64,000 bases of DNA from a virus: positions 64,001-128,000 of IMG/VR virus record IMGVR_UViG_3300033153_009458; one strand, 5' to 3'. Below are positions 19,334 to 27,997 of this stretch, one piece after another; the stretch's first letter is position 1; the number at the start of each line of letters is the position of its first letter. The notes beneath the pieces are model-generated. The model had not been told where the DNA came from, did no database searches, and saw only the letters and a list, made by a program, of their open reading frames with translations. A program made the translations under genes and the position numbers.

Positions 19334-20683
19334 ATGTTAAAACTTACTATAAGAGGGCAAACAATATGGGTGAAAGAATGGGCTGCGTATCATCCAACAG
19401 CTGATGCTCATGAACAAGATATTACAATTCCTGTGACTACAGGTGCCGCAATTGATGGTCAATATATCACATTGACTGATGCTGGAGATGAAACAAAATA
19501 CGTTGTATGGTTTAATGTACCAACAGCCGCCGAAGTATCAACAGTTCAAGCAATTGACGATGTTGGTGGTGCACTAGGTGGAAAATATTTTACTTTAAAT
19601 TCACTGACTACCAAATATTATGTTTGGATGTCAATTGGTGAAAAACAACAAAATACTTATACAGCTAGAGCCGATTCGGGTGGTGATTTAGATAACAAAT
19701 ATTTTACTTTTTATACATTAGATGCAAACAACGGAACAAACGTTAAGTGGGGTGTTTGGTATGATGTAGATGACGCTGGTGGTGCACCTGTTATGTCAGG
19801 CGTATTAACAGCAAATGAAATCGAAGTAGATATTGCAACAGGTGAATTAATTGGTGCTGTATCCAGTTTAACTAAAGCCGCAATTGAAACCGCTCTGGGT
19901 TCACTCGCAACAGTTACATTATCAACTAATGATACAATTATCACGAATACTTATTTTGGTACAGTGACAGCACCTATCACGGATGGTGATGTAGGCGGTG
20001 GAGCCGTTTTTGATGATACAAACGCTGGTGTAGCTGATAGTACAGATCCGGCAATTGGTGGTTTAACAGGGCTTAAGGTTAATTTTGATGAAGATGCCGT
20101 TGCTAATACAACGATTGCTGATGCAATTGAAGTCATTGTACACGCACAAGCTGATTTTTCAGCTTCAGCCACTACTCATACCGTTACAATTACACATGCT
20201 GCAACTGGTAATCCAGTTGATTTACATGCTGCTAATAGTGGGTTTACAGTAGCCGTTACAACTGGTGGGTATACCGATCTTCTAACAACAAAAGATCCTC
20301 AATTAGCTTATACAACGAGTGTACCAGTTTCTTTAGTAGGTGATGACACAAACACTGAAATTGCTGCTAAACTTGCAACCGCATTAGATGCATTAGCAAA
20401 TTTTGGAGCAAGTGAATCTAGTAATGTTGTATCAATTGTAAATGCTGCTAATGGTGAATGCACAACAGCTGTAAAAGGAACAACTTCTGGATGGACATTT
20501 GCAAATACTACAGTTGGATCAGCTGGATATTTGCCGGGTACGTCTTCTGGTGATTGGATTAAAATTACTGGAAAAATACAAGGTACTGATACAAGTGGAA
20601 CTCCTATTGAAGGTAAATGGGATGCTATCACAAAATGGGTACCAGCGGTTACGCTTACTGAAATTGAAGAAACAAATATGTAA
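19334..20683 (+). CDS. Putative virion surface protein with three nested repeat domains
   Basis: T/A/G/D-rich; homologous to the 8791/9411 paralogs; GGAG SD. Confidence 0.7.
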   Translation: MLKLTIRGQTIWVKEWAAYHPTADAHEQDITIPVTTGAAIDGQYITLTDAGDETKYVVWFNVPTAAEVSTVQAIDDVGGALGGKYFTLNSLTTKYYVWMSIGEKQQNTYTARADSGGDLDNKYFTFYTLDANNGTNVKWGVWYDVDDAGGAPVMSGVLTANEIEVDIATGELIGAVSSLTKAAIETALGSLATVTLSTNDTIITNTYFGTVTAPITDGDVGGGAVFDDTNAGVADSTDPAIGGLTGLKVNFDEDAVANTTIADAIEVIVHAQADFSASATTHTVTITHAATGNPVDLHAANSGFTVAVTTGGYTDLLTTKDPQLAYTTSVPVSLVGDDTNTEIAAKLATALDALANFGASESSNVVSIVNAANGECTTAVKGTTSGWTFANTTVGSAGYLPGTSSGDWIKITGKIQGTDTSGTPIEGKWDAITKWVPAVTLTEIEETNM

Positions 20684-20700
20684 TTTCCTATAAGGTTTAA

Positions 20701-21324
20701 ATGGAAAGCTTTAAAAAATATATAGAAAAGCAAAATCTGAATGAATTTATTGAAGCAGATTTTGCTTTTATCAACAGTCTTGTTACATCAGGTATTCTTA
20801 GCCGGGGTTTAGACATCATTAGGTTGATGGGATCAGATAAAAAATTTAAAAAAATTATGTCTATTTTACAAAATAGCATTCCAAATATCGGTGTGTTCAG
20901 TATACAAAAAGCATTAGATTTAATAAAAAAAGCCTTGACAACAAAAGATTTTAAGTATATTCTTGGCCTACAAGAGAGTTATTCAACAGAAGAAGAACTT
21001 CTAGAGAGTGCTATGGCCGTAGATATAATGATCATTTTGATGTCAAGCTTAGGTCTATTTACACTCGGTGCTGGCCAATTTAAAGGTTGGTGGAAGCATT
21101 TTTCTAAAGATAGAAAAGCCAGTAAAATTGTAAAAGACCTTTTAAAAGATCCAGAAATTCAATCTATCGCTCAATCTAATACAAGTTTTAAAAGAGAAGA
21201 CAAAATTGCTCAAAGAGTCAAAGAAAGACTCGGCATCACTGATGAGATGTTCTTGCGTCAAGTAGGGCGTGAAGCAAGTTTTGCATTCCAAGGAAAAAAC
21301 ATCAGAAAAGTTATAAAGAGATAA
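20701..21324 (+). CDS. Putative internal head protein (CTS-like N-terminus) with hydrophobic segment
   Basis: MESFKKYIEKQNLNE. Confidence 0.6.
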   Translation: MESFKKYIEKQNLNEFIEADFAFINSLVTSGILSRGLDIIRLMGSDKKFKKIMSILQNSIPNIGVFSIQKALDLIKKALTTKDFKYILGLQESYSTEEELLESAMAVDIMIILMSSLGLFTLGAGQFKGWWKHFSKDRKASKIVKDLLKDPEIQSIAQSNTSFKREDKIAQRVKERLGITDEMFLRQVGREASFAFQGKNIRKVIKR

Positions 21325-21365
21325 AATAGACAATTTTAAATCAGACGTTGAACCATAAGGAAAAT

Positions 21366-21686
21366 ATGACAAACAATTTTGAAAGAGTAGCTGAAATTCT
21401 AAATGAAGAATATACACCAGAATTTTATATGATGGAGTATACCGGATCATCTATGTCCGGCTCAGAAAAAATATGGTACGTACTTGCGTACGATATGTTA
21501 AAAAACGGTAAGAAAAAAGGTTTAATTTACAATGCCGCAAATTTGAAAGTTACGATTGGTCCTGTAGCTTTTAATGGATTCACGAGAAAACCAGCAAAAT
21601 TTAATTCTATTCCACCAAAGATTCGGGCTAAGTTTGAGAAAAAAATTAGTCAGAAAAATTTGAATATTGATACAAGTCAATTATAA
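21366..21686 (+). CDS. Putative internal head protein
   Basis: AAGGA SD, MTNNFERVAEILNEE. Confidence 0.6.
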   Translation: MTNNFERVAEILNEEYTPEFYMMEYTGSSMSGSEKIWYVLAYDMLKNGKKKGLIYNAANLKVTIGPVAFNGFTRKPAKFNSIPPKIRAKFEKKISQKNLNIDTSQL

Positions 21687-21689
21687 AAA

Positions 21690-22094
21690 ATGAACAACTT
21701 TGAAAGACTATCAGAAGAGCTTGCGTTAGAACCAGTGCATTTAAAAGGTAATACAGCACCAGATTTTTTAAAGAAAGCACTTAAAGCAAATAAGATCAAA
21801 GGAAATACCGAATTAATGGTAACAAGAAATCCGTACTTCAATGCTTTTGGTGGTAAAGGAACAAGCAATACGATTGTTATTGAATTCAAAAAACAAAAAG
21901 CTGTTCGAAATGTAGTTATCAACCGAGTGTCTGATGATTCTAATGGTAAAAATAATAAAGATATTTCAATAACACTAAAAAATAAAGATCATATGGTACT
22001 AGAATTGACAACAGCGTTTTTTAGAAACAAAGAAATCAATACCGCTGAATTATACGTTCATCCCGATCTTGATACAACACAATGGTTTAAATAA
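21690..22094 (+). CDS. Putative internal head protein
   Basis: MNNFERLSEELALE. Confidence 0.6.
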   Translation: MNNFERLSEELALEPVHLKGNTAPDFLKKALKANKIKGNTELMVTRNPYFNAFGGKGTSNTIVIEFKKQKAVRNVVINRVSDDSNGKNNKDISITLKNKDHMVLELTTAFFRNKEINTAELYVHPDLDTTQWFK

Positions 22095-22100
22095 GGAAAT

Positions 22101-22409
22101 ATGAATAATTTTGAAAGATTGTTGGAAAAAATGAAAAGACCGGCTTCTTTAAAATTTAAAAAAGATCCAAGTAGAGATGATGGTTCTTCTAGAGTATATT
22201 ATATTGGACACATTAATGGTAAAGACGTAGTATATGAAGCTAACCAAGATGTTCCGGGGCGTTGGAAAGGAAAAGTTACTATTGATCATCAAGGTATACA
22301 AGGTGTATTTAAATATTTTACATCAGCAAACAAAAGAGAATTATCTAGAATGATGCTAATTTTTATAAATCAGAATTACTATGATGCATTAGACGCAATA
22401 CAGAAATAA
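22101..22409 (+). CDS. Putative internal head protein
   Basis: MNNFERLLE. Confidence 0.6.
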   Translation: MNNFERLLEKMKRPASLKFKKDPSRDDGSSRVYYIGHINGKDVVYEANQDVPGRWKGKVTIDHQGIQGVFKYFTSANKRELSRMMLIFINQNYYDALDAIQK

Positions 22410-22419
22410 TAAGGTAAAT

Positions 22420-22800
22420 ATGAATAATTTTGAAAAGGCTTTAAATATGTTAACCGAAGAAACAGTACCAAAATTTAAAGGTTACGCACTTGAACACACA
22501 TCAAATGATTATCCGTTTGGTCGCTTACGGACAACAGCTACGTGGAAGGTTGAAAACCGTGGTAGTAAATATAGAATATCCAGAACAACTGTTGATCCGA
22601 AAACTGGAAGAATTTCTAAACCTAAATCAACGGTATACGGAATAAGAGCAAAAATTGGAATTGCACAAGATGGAAAAGCGTACCCAATTATTTTACATTC
22701 TCCAACACAAATGTCCATCATGAGTGGAAATATGAAACACCAAATTGCTGCGTTGTTTGCTGGTAAAGGTGATTTCGAAGAAATAGTAATAAATTTATAA
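22420..22800 (+). CDS. Putative internal head protein
   Basis: MNNFEKALNMLTEE. Confidence 0.6.
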   Translation: MNNFEKALNMLTEETVPKFKGYALEHTSNDYPFGRLRTTATWKVENRGSKYRISRTTVDPKTGRISKPKSTVYGIRAKIGIAQDGKAYPIILHSPTQMSIMSGNMKHQIAALFAGKGDFEEIVINL

Positions 22801-22807
22801 GGTTATT

Positions 22808-23170
22808 ATGATTATATTTGCAGACATTTTATATCGTTTATTGTACGAGCAAGACGATGAAGAAAAAAACGGTAAGCCGAAGAAAATCGATAAAAACGGT
22901 AAAAAGAACGGTGAAAAAAAAGCTGAAGAACCAGAAAAAGAACCCGGAAATTCTGTACACGAACCCGGATCGATATTCGCACTAAAACTAAAAGATCCAC
23001 CAATGCCCGTTGATCCAGAAGCATCAGCTGAACGTGATGCTGTGCGGGATGACGAAAAAGCCGCCAAGGATGAAGATAGAGAAGCTGAGAAAGCCGCCAA
23101 GGATGATGAAAAAGCCAAGGAAAAAGAAGAAAAAGATAAAGATAAAGACAAGGAAAAAGATGAAAAATAA
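22808..23170 (+). CDS. Highly charged low-complexity protein, putative head core protein
   Basis: MIIFADILYRLLYE then K/E/D-rich; KAAKD repeated. Confidence 0.55.
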   Translation: MIIFADILYRLLYEQDDEEKNGKPKKIDKNGKKNGEKKAEEPEKEPGNSVHEPGSIFALKLKDPPMPVDPEASAERDAVRDDEKAAKDEDREAEKAAKDDEKAKEKEEKDKDKDKEKDEK

Positions 23171-23465
23171 TTTTGAAAAAGTATTAAGCGAATTGACCGA
23201 AGGCAAAAAGGATTACGAAATTCATCACAAAGCATACTACAAAGCGGTTGATGAAATTTTAGCTTTCATCAAGAAAAATGGATACGAAGTTTCAGACGAT
23301 GAAGTATTCAACCAAATTTCCACTGGTGGAAAGCCCGGACGTGAAAAAACAAAACGAATACGACTCGAATTAACCAAAAACGATAAGGTCCAGCGGAAAG
23401 CGATGAATGCACAAGTTTATCAGTTACCACACGGAACTTTTGAACTCAACATGTACATACAATAA
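23160..23465 (+). CDS. Putative internal head protein
   Basis: Internal ATG 23160 after AAGGA: MKNNFEKVLSELTE. Confidence 0.6.
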   Translation: MKNNFEKVLSELTEGKKDYEIHHKAYYKAVDEILAFIKKNGYEVSDDEVFNQISTGGKPGREKTKRIRLELTKNDKVQRKAMNAQVYQLPHGTFELNMYIQ

Positions 23466-23472
23466 GGATAAT

Positions 23473-23763
23473 ATGAAACAAACAGAAGAAGAAATTTTAG
23501 CATTACTTGAAGATAAAGACATCCTGAATGAAGGTGAAGATGTTATCCAGAAAGTAGCCGATATTGCAAAAGGAAAAACCCTTATGAATTTAAGGACACC
23601 ACTTCAATCAATATTCAAGAAAAAAGATATCGATTTTGTAATGAATCCAATTGCACATTTTAGGATTAAAGTCGGTGGAAAAACGCTCGTAATTGTAAAC
23701 AAAAAATACGCTGATGGTGCTGAACAGGTAGTCGGTGACATAGCAATAGGATATGACAGGTAA
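23473..23763 (+). CDS. Putative internal head protein
   Basis: AAGGA SD, MKQTEEEILALLEDKDILNE. Confidence 0.55.
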   Translation: MKQTEEEILALLEDKDILNEGEDVIQKVADIAKGKTLMNLRTPLQSIFKKKDIDFVMNPIAHFRIKVGGKTLVIVNKKYADGAEQVVGDIAIGYDR

Positions 23764-23766
23764 AAT

Positions 23767-24021
23767 ATGAAAACATTTAAAGAACAACTAGAAAAAAATC
23801 TTGAAGAAATATCAATGGGTGATAGTCTTAGTGTTTTTAATGAAAATGGAAAAGAATTAGGTGATATACTTTTAAAAGCCATTAGATTTACTAAAAGTGG
23901 GGGTAATTTTGAAAATCAAGCTAGAGATGTCACTGGTTCAACTTCTCAAATAAAAAATATCAATAAAAAATTGATTGAATGTTCAAGTGAATTAAAAAAA
24001 ATAATTAAAAAAGCTAAATAA
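23767..24021 (+). CDS. Putative internal head protein
   Basis: MKTFKEQLEKNLEE. Confidence 0.65.
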   Translation: MKTFKEQLEKNLEEISMGDSLSVFNENGKELGDILLKAIRFTKSGGNFENQARDVTGSTSQIKNINKKLIECSSELKKIIKKAK

Positions 24022-24261
24022 ATGTCCTTTAAACAATTTTTAGCGGGTGGTTACAAACAAGGAATTTTAACCCGTGATATGACTTTTTTTAGTGGTGGTG
24101 TTGGGAAGCTAAAAGTCGAAACAAACTCTATTGTCAATTTCAAAATTACAGACAACCGAGAAGTCAAAGGTTATAATTTGTACATGGAATTCCGGGATCA
24201 CAATTTACAAATAAATCTGAAAAGAGAAGAAGATTACAAAAAATACATAACAGAGATATAA
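24022..24261 (+). CDS. Small protein with CTS-like start
   Basis: MSFKQFLAG (no Glu cleavage site). Confidence 0.5.
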   Translation: MSFKQFLAGGYKQGILTRDMTFFSGGVGKLKVETNSIVNFKITDNREVKGYNLYMEFRDHNLQINLKREEDYKKYITEI

Positions 24262-24262
24262 T

Positions 24263-24562
24263 ATGGAAATATTCGAAAAAATATTAAAAAACCAGTTAAC
24301 CGAAGCTGGTATGTTGCAAAATTCTTTACCAGATTTACAAAAAATCGTTGCAAAAAGATTTATGTTAAATTTCAATGATTCTTTAGATATAGCAAATGCT
24401 CTTGTGAATATTCATAGAATTTCAAAACAAAAATCACTTAAAATTGCCGCTATACCCAATTGGATAAGTAAACAAAAAATGGATACTAGTTCTTCACCAC
24501 AATTAAAAGGAGCACCGGCAAACATGCAAGTCTATGACACAAAAAATGGAAAAAGGAGATAA
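24263..24562 (+). CDS. Putative internal head protein
   Basis: MEIFEKILKNQLTE. Confidence 0.6.
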   Translation: MEIFEKILKNQLTEAGMLQNSLPDLQKIVAKRFMLNFNDSLDIANALVNIHRISKQKSLKIAAIPNWISKQKMDTSSSPQLKGAPANMQVYDTKNGKRR

Positions 24563-24563
24563 T

Positions 24564-24818
24564 ATGAAAACATTTGAAGAATTAGTAAATAAGAATTTGA
24601 ATGAAGTGTTTGATGATAAAACATACAAAATGTTAATACAAACTCTGTCTATTCAATTCAAAAAAAACGGGTATGATTGGTTATCACAAAAGGCCGAATA
24701 TATATCCAAAAATCACAAAGATGCTATAAAATATTTGAAAAAATTTAGAAAAGAAACTGAATCAATAGCATATAAAATTATTCAAGACGTAAAACACGGT
24801 ATCAATAACCAACATTAA
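24564..24818 (+). CDS. Putative internal head protein
   Basis: AAGGAG SD, MKTFEELVNKNLNE. Confidence 0.6.
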   Translation: MKTFEELVNKNLNEVFDDKTYKMLIQTLSIQFKKNGYDWLSQKAEYISKNHKDAIKYLKKFRKETESIAYKIIQDVKHGINNQH

Positions 24819-24828
24819 AAGGAAAAAT

Positions 24829-25050
24829 ATGAACAACTTTGAAAGATTACACGAAGAATTAACAGAAAAAAGCTTATCAGATGGAGAAGTTACGAACATG
24901 CTGAATCAATTAGTATCAAAAACCAAAGACGCTAAAAGCGGATCGGGTGTTGATATTAACAAAATGGCAAAGTCTATGTTGTCTAAAGATGGAGATCTTT
25001 CACCTGATCAGGTGAAATGGGCTATGCAAACATCAAAATCATTATCGTAA
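24829..25050 (+). CDS. Putative internal head protein
   Basis: MNNFERLHEELTE. Confidence 0.65.
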   Translation: MNNFERLHEELTEKSLSDGEVTNMLNQLVSKTKDAKSGSGVDINKMAKSMLSKDGDLSPDQVKWAMQTSKSLS

Positions 25051-25059
25051 AAGGGTATC

Positions 25060-25284
25060 ATGAATAACTTTGAAAGACTTCATGAAGAATTGACAGAAAA
25101 TGCACGAGAAGATAAAGCCAAGGCTAAAAAACTTGCTAAATGGTATTACGATGAATACAAAGGCAATTATAAAAAGGCGCACAAAGCTATTTTAAGTAAT
25201 GTTGTGAATAGTGGCAATCCGAATAATTCTAATCAATTTGTCGCATTTCTTTGGGATGAAGTCAAGAAACTTTGGCCCTCTTAA
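25060..25284 (+). CDS. Putative internal head protein
   Basis: MNNFERLHEELTE, same 13-aa leader as the previous gene with an unrelated body. Confidence 0.65.
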   Translation: MNNFERLHEELTENAREDKAKAKKLAKWYYDEYKGNYKKAHKAILSNVVNSGNPNNSNQFVAFLWDEVKKLWPS

Positions 25285-25314
25285 TGTAATTGCAAAAAGT
25301 AGGCCATAAAGCTC

Positions 25315-25322
25315 TATAAATA
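25315..25322 (+). promoter_or_regulatory. Late promoter
   Basis: TATAAATA upstream of 25344. Confidence 0.7.
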
Positions 25323-25343
25323 GTCATTGTACTTTTCAAAGGA

Positions 25344-25655
25344 ATGATTATGCAAGAGCTAATAGAGCTATTTTTTAAGAAAGCAAGGAGATTTCGAACA
25401 ACCGAGTCGATCATCCTTGATATTAAAGCAATTAAGAAAGTGAATAATTTAATCACTAAATTTTTGCGATCAGACAACGAAAGAAAATATTACGAAGAAG
25501 TTATAAATACCTTTATATCGATGAATAACTCTTATAAATTGATGGATGTAATAAATCAGATAAAAGAATTATACATCGACGAAGAAAATAAACAATTTTT
25601 CGATGAACTCATAGATGAATATAAAAGAAGAAGGGACCGGAACAACGACAGGTGA
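25344..25655 (+). CDS. Hypothetical late protein
   Basis: 103-aa ORF after late promoter. Confidence 0.65.
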   Translation: MIMQELIELFFKKARRFRTTESIILDIKAIKKVNNLITKFLRSDNERKYYEEVINTFISMNNSYKLMDVINQIKELYIDEENKQFFDELIDEYKRRRDRNNDR

Positions 25656-25995
25656 TGTCGCTATTCCAACAGATGCATCAAAACTAGGGAAACCCAAAAA
25701 ACGGAAAAAAGATAAGGAAAATGACATGGAAAAAGTAACAAAAGAGAAATACGAAGTTTACCAGCAAGGTGACTACACAGTATTCGAAATTAAAGAACAA
25801 TACGATTTTGATCATTACATGGCTGGTTTGAAAAAAAATAACCTGAGATATTGGCGTCAAAACGAAACTGTATCTACTATGCTAGAATATTTTCAGCAAC
25901 ACAAACATGCTGGTTTCGTTGTAAAATTTCAAGACCAAGTTTCAGCTCCACAAAAGTATTTCAGAGAATACGATTCTGGATACTCAAAGATATAA
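25615..25995 (+). CDS. Hypothetical protein
   Basis: MNIKEEGTGTTTGDVA...; start uncertain. Confidence 0.6.
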   Translation: MNIKEEGTGTTTGDVAIPTDASKLGKPKKRKKDKENDMEKVTKEKYEVYQQGDYTVFEIKEQYDFDHYMAGLKKNNLRYWRQNETVSTMLEYFQQHKHAGFVVKFQDQVSAPQKYFREYDSGYSKI

Positions 25996-26023
25996 CCACT
26001 AAATTTGTCAGGGGATTTTTCCC

Positions 26024-26053
26024 TTGACAACATTTCAAACGTTCTGATAATAT
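26024..26053 (+). promoter_or_regulatory. sigma70-type promoter for the tRNA, overlapping a hairpin
   Basis: TTGACA-18-TAATAT with TGn; the -35 lies in the TTGTCAGGGG/CCCTTGACAA inverted repeat. Confidence 0.55.
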
Positions 26054-26083
26054 AATAATGTAGTGCCATACTATGTCCAAAAC

Positions 26084-26158
26084 AGGGGTGTAGCTCAGTG
26101 GTAGAGCATCTGATTCCAAACCAGAGTGTCGAGCGTCCGATTCGTTCCATCCCTGCCA
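26084..26158 (+). tRNA. trnW: tRNA-Trp(CCA)
   Basis: Acceptor AGGGGTG/CATCCCT, D arm GCTC/GAGC, anticodon loop TTCCAAA, T arm GAGCG/CGTTC, G discriminator, encoded CCA. Confidence 0.92.
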
Positions 26159-26178
26159 ACCTAAAAATTCCTTTTTAC

Positions 26179-26207
26179 TTGCAATTATCATCATTTTATT
26201 GTATAAT
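26179..26207 (+). promoter_or_regulatory. sigma70-type promoter
   Basis: TTGCAA-17-TATAAT. Confidence 0.65.
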
Positions 26208-26243
26208 ATACGTAATATGGCTAACTTTATTATATAATATATT

Positions 26244-27206
26244 ATGAGCGAAATGACAGAAAACCAAAAACATATTGATAGAAGATTAAACCAAGCAAAA
26301 TTCATCCTTAAAAAATTAGGATTAGCACCAGCACAATGTAATAATCGTTCCGGTTATGTATTTTTAGCTCTTGCAAATGTAACACCAGACAATATATGGA
26401 ATAAAGCTGAATCACGTTTATTACCTATACATCTTATAAATAAATTTCTAAAAAATTATTATAAAAAAGAATATGATCGAGAAAGTATAAGAAAAGACAC
26501 GTTACATCAATTTGAACAAGTACAAATAGTACAACGAAACCGAGACGATCCATTAAGATCTACAAGCAGCGCAAAAAATAATTATTCACTAAATCAGATT
26601 ATTATTGATATTTTACATCAATATCCGGGTGGTAATTGGCAAACAAAACTTGAGAAATATCATATATTAGCCCCGGTACTTGACGCTAAGTACGAAAAAG
26701 ACGTGGATAGTAAAAGAATACCAATAAAATTTCCAGATGATACAGAAATATTTTTATCACCCGGTATGCACAATCAACTTCACGCTGATATTATTCATGA
26801 ATTTTGTACTAGATTTATTGAAGAGGGTGGACATATTTTGTATATTGGTGATACAGCAAGCAGTAGAAATGAAGGTGGGAGATCTCTAATTTTAAAAACT
26901 GAATACTTAAAAAAATTGGGAATTGTTTTGTCATCTCATAGTAAACTTCCAGATGTTGTTATTCACGATGAATTAAAAAACCGGTTATTTATTATAGAAG
27001 CTGTAACTAGTTCTGGACCAGTATCACAAAAAAGACTTTTTGAATTAAAAAAATTATTTTCAAATTGTACAACAAAAATTGAATATATAACAGCATTTCC
27101 AGATTATAAAGAATTCAAAAAGCATATCGCTGATATTGCGTGGGAAACAAAAGTTTGGTTAGCTAGTCAACCTAATCACATAATTCATTTCAAAAATTCC
27201 CTTTAG
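26244..27206 (+). CDS. BsuBI/PstI-family type II restriction endonuclease-like protein
   Basis: RESIRKDTLHQF, LSPGMHNQL, LYIGDT, HSKLPDVV, IEAVTSSGPV, IAWETKVW. Confidence 0.85.
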   Translation: MSEMTENQKHIDRRLNQAKFILKKLGLAPAQCNNRSGYVFLALANVTPDNIWNKAESRLLPIHLINKFLKNYYKKEYDRESIRKDTLHQFEQVQIVQRNRDDPLRSTSSAKNNYSLNQIIIDILHQYPGGNWQTKLEKYHILAPVLDAKYEKDVDSKRIPIKFPDDTEIFLSPGMHNQLHADIIHEFCTRFIEEGGHILYIGDTASSRNEGGRSLILKTEYLKKLGIVLSSHSKLPDVVIHDELKNRLFIIEAVTSSGPVSQKRLFELKKLFSNCTTKIEYITAFPDYKEFKKHIADIAWETKVWLASQPNHIIHFKNSL

Positions 27207-27235
27207 TTGCAATTTTCATAAAAACTTGGTACAAT
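27207..27235 (+). promoter_or_regulatory. sigma70-type promoter for the 45-44-62 operon
   Basis: TTGCAA-17-TACAAT with TGn. Confidence 0.65.
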
Positions 27236-27259
27236 AAGATATAACTTAAAGGAGTTTTT

Positions 27260-27997
27260 ATGACAGAGATCAATAGATTTTCATTTAGTAGTCAAGAGAT
27301 TGATATCTTGACCAATTTTCAAGTAATTAATCCGTCTTTAGTATTCAAAGGAACAAAACTAGAAACTGAAAATGAATCAGGATCAGTAAGTGGTTTTTAC
27401 AATTTTGATAAAGATAAAGAATTTGGTGAGTTTGGAATATACTTACTTCAACAGTTCATTACGATTTTAAAAGAAATGAACGATCACGCTTTAGAAGTAA
27501 AACCAAGCGAACGAGAAGTAATTATTCACGATCAACTTAATAAATCAAAAACATCTTACAGAACAACACCGGTTGCTGATAGTGGAATGTTCAAAGATAT
27601 CAAATATCCAAAAAGCTTCAGTTCACAGCCAGAAGTAATCGATATTATTTTCCGGGCTGATAAGATCGCTCAGTTAAGAAAAATTGGTGATATTATTGGA
27701 TTTGATTGTGTGTACATCAATACAGAAATAAACGATATTGTTAGGTTCATCGGGGCTGATGAAGACCGACAGAACACCGAGAATGCGTACGAAGTAGAGA
27801 TCAACGAGATTGATGTCAAAACAAACGCACTCGATGAAACTCTTGTTATTAAACGACCAGAGTTTAACATGTTGCTTCCGGGGTACGATTACAGACTGAT
27901 AGTTGCGAAGTCCGCTAAGGGTAATTACATGACCAATTGGAGTAACGTAGGAATAAATTCTTTAGAATATTTTATAGGTATAGGAAAAGAAGACTAA
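27260..27997 (+). CDS. 45: Sliding clamp (gp45-like)
   Basis: ILTNFQVINPSL, EFGIYLLQQF, LLPGYDY, LEYFIG; precedes gp44. Confidence 0.85.
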   Translation: MTEINRFSFSSQEIDILTNFQVINPSLVFKGTKLETENESGSVSGFYNFDKDKEFGEFGIYLLQQFITILKEMNDHALEVKPSEREVIIHDQLNKSKTSYRTTPVADSGMFKDIKYPKSFSSQPEVIDIIFRADKIAQLRKIGDIIGFDCVYINTEINDIVRFIGADEDRQNTENAYEVEINEIDVKTNALDETLVIKRPEFNMLLPGYDYRLIVAKSAKGNYMTNWSNVGINSLEYFIGIGKED

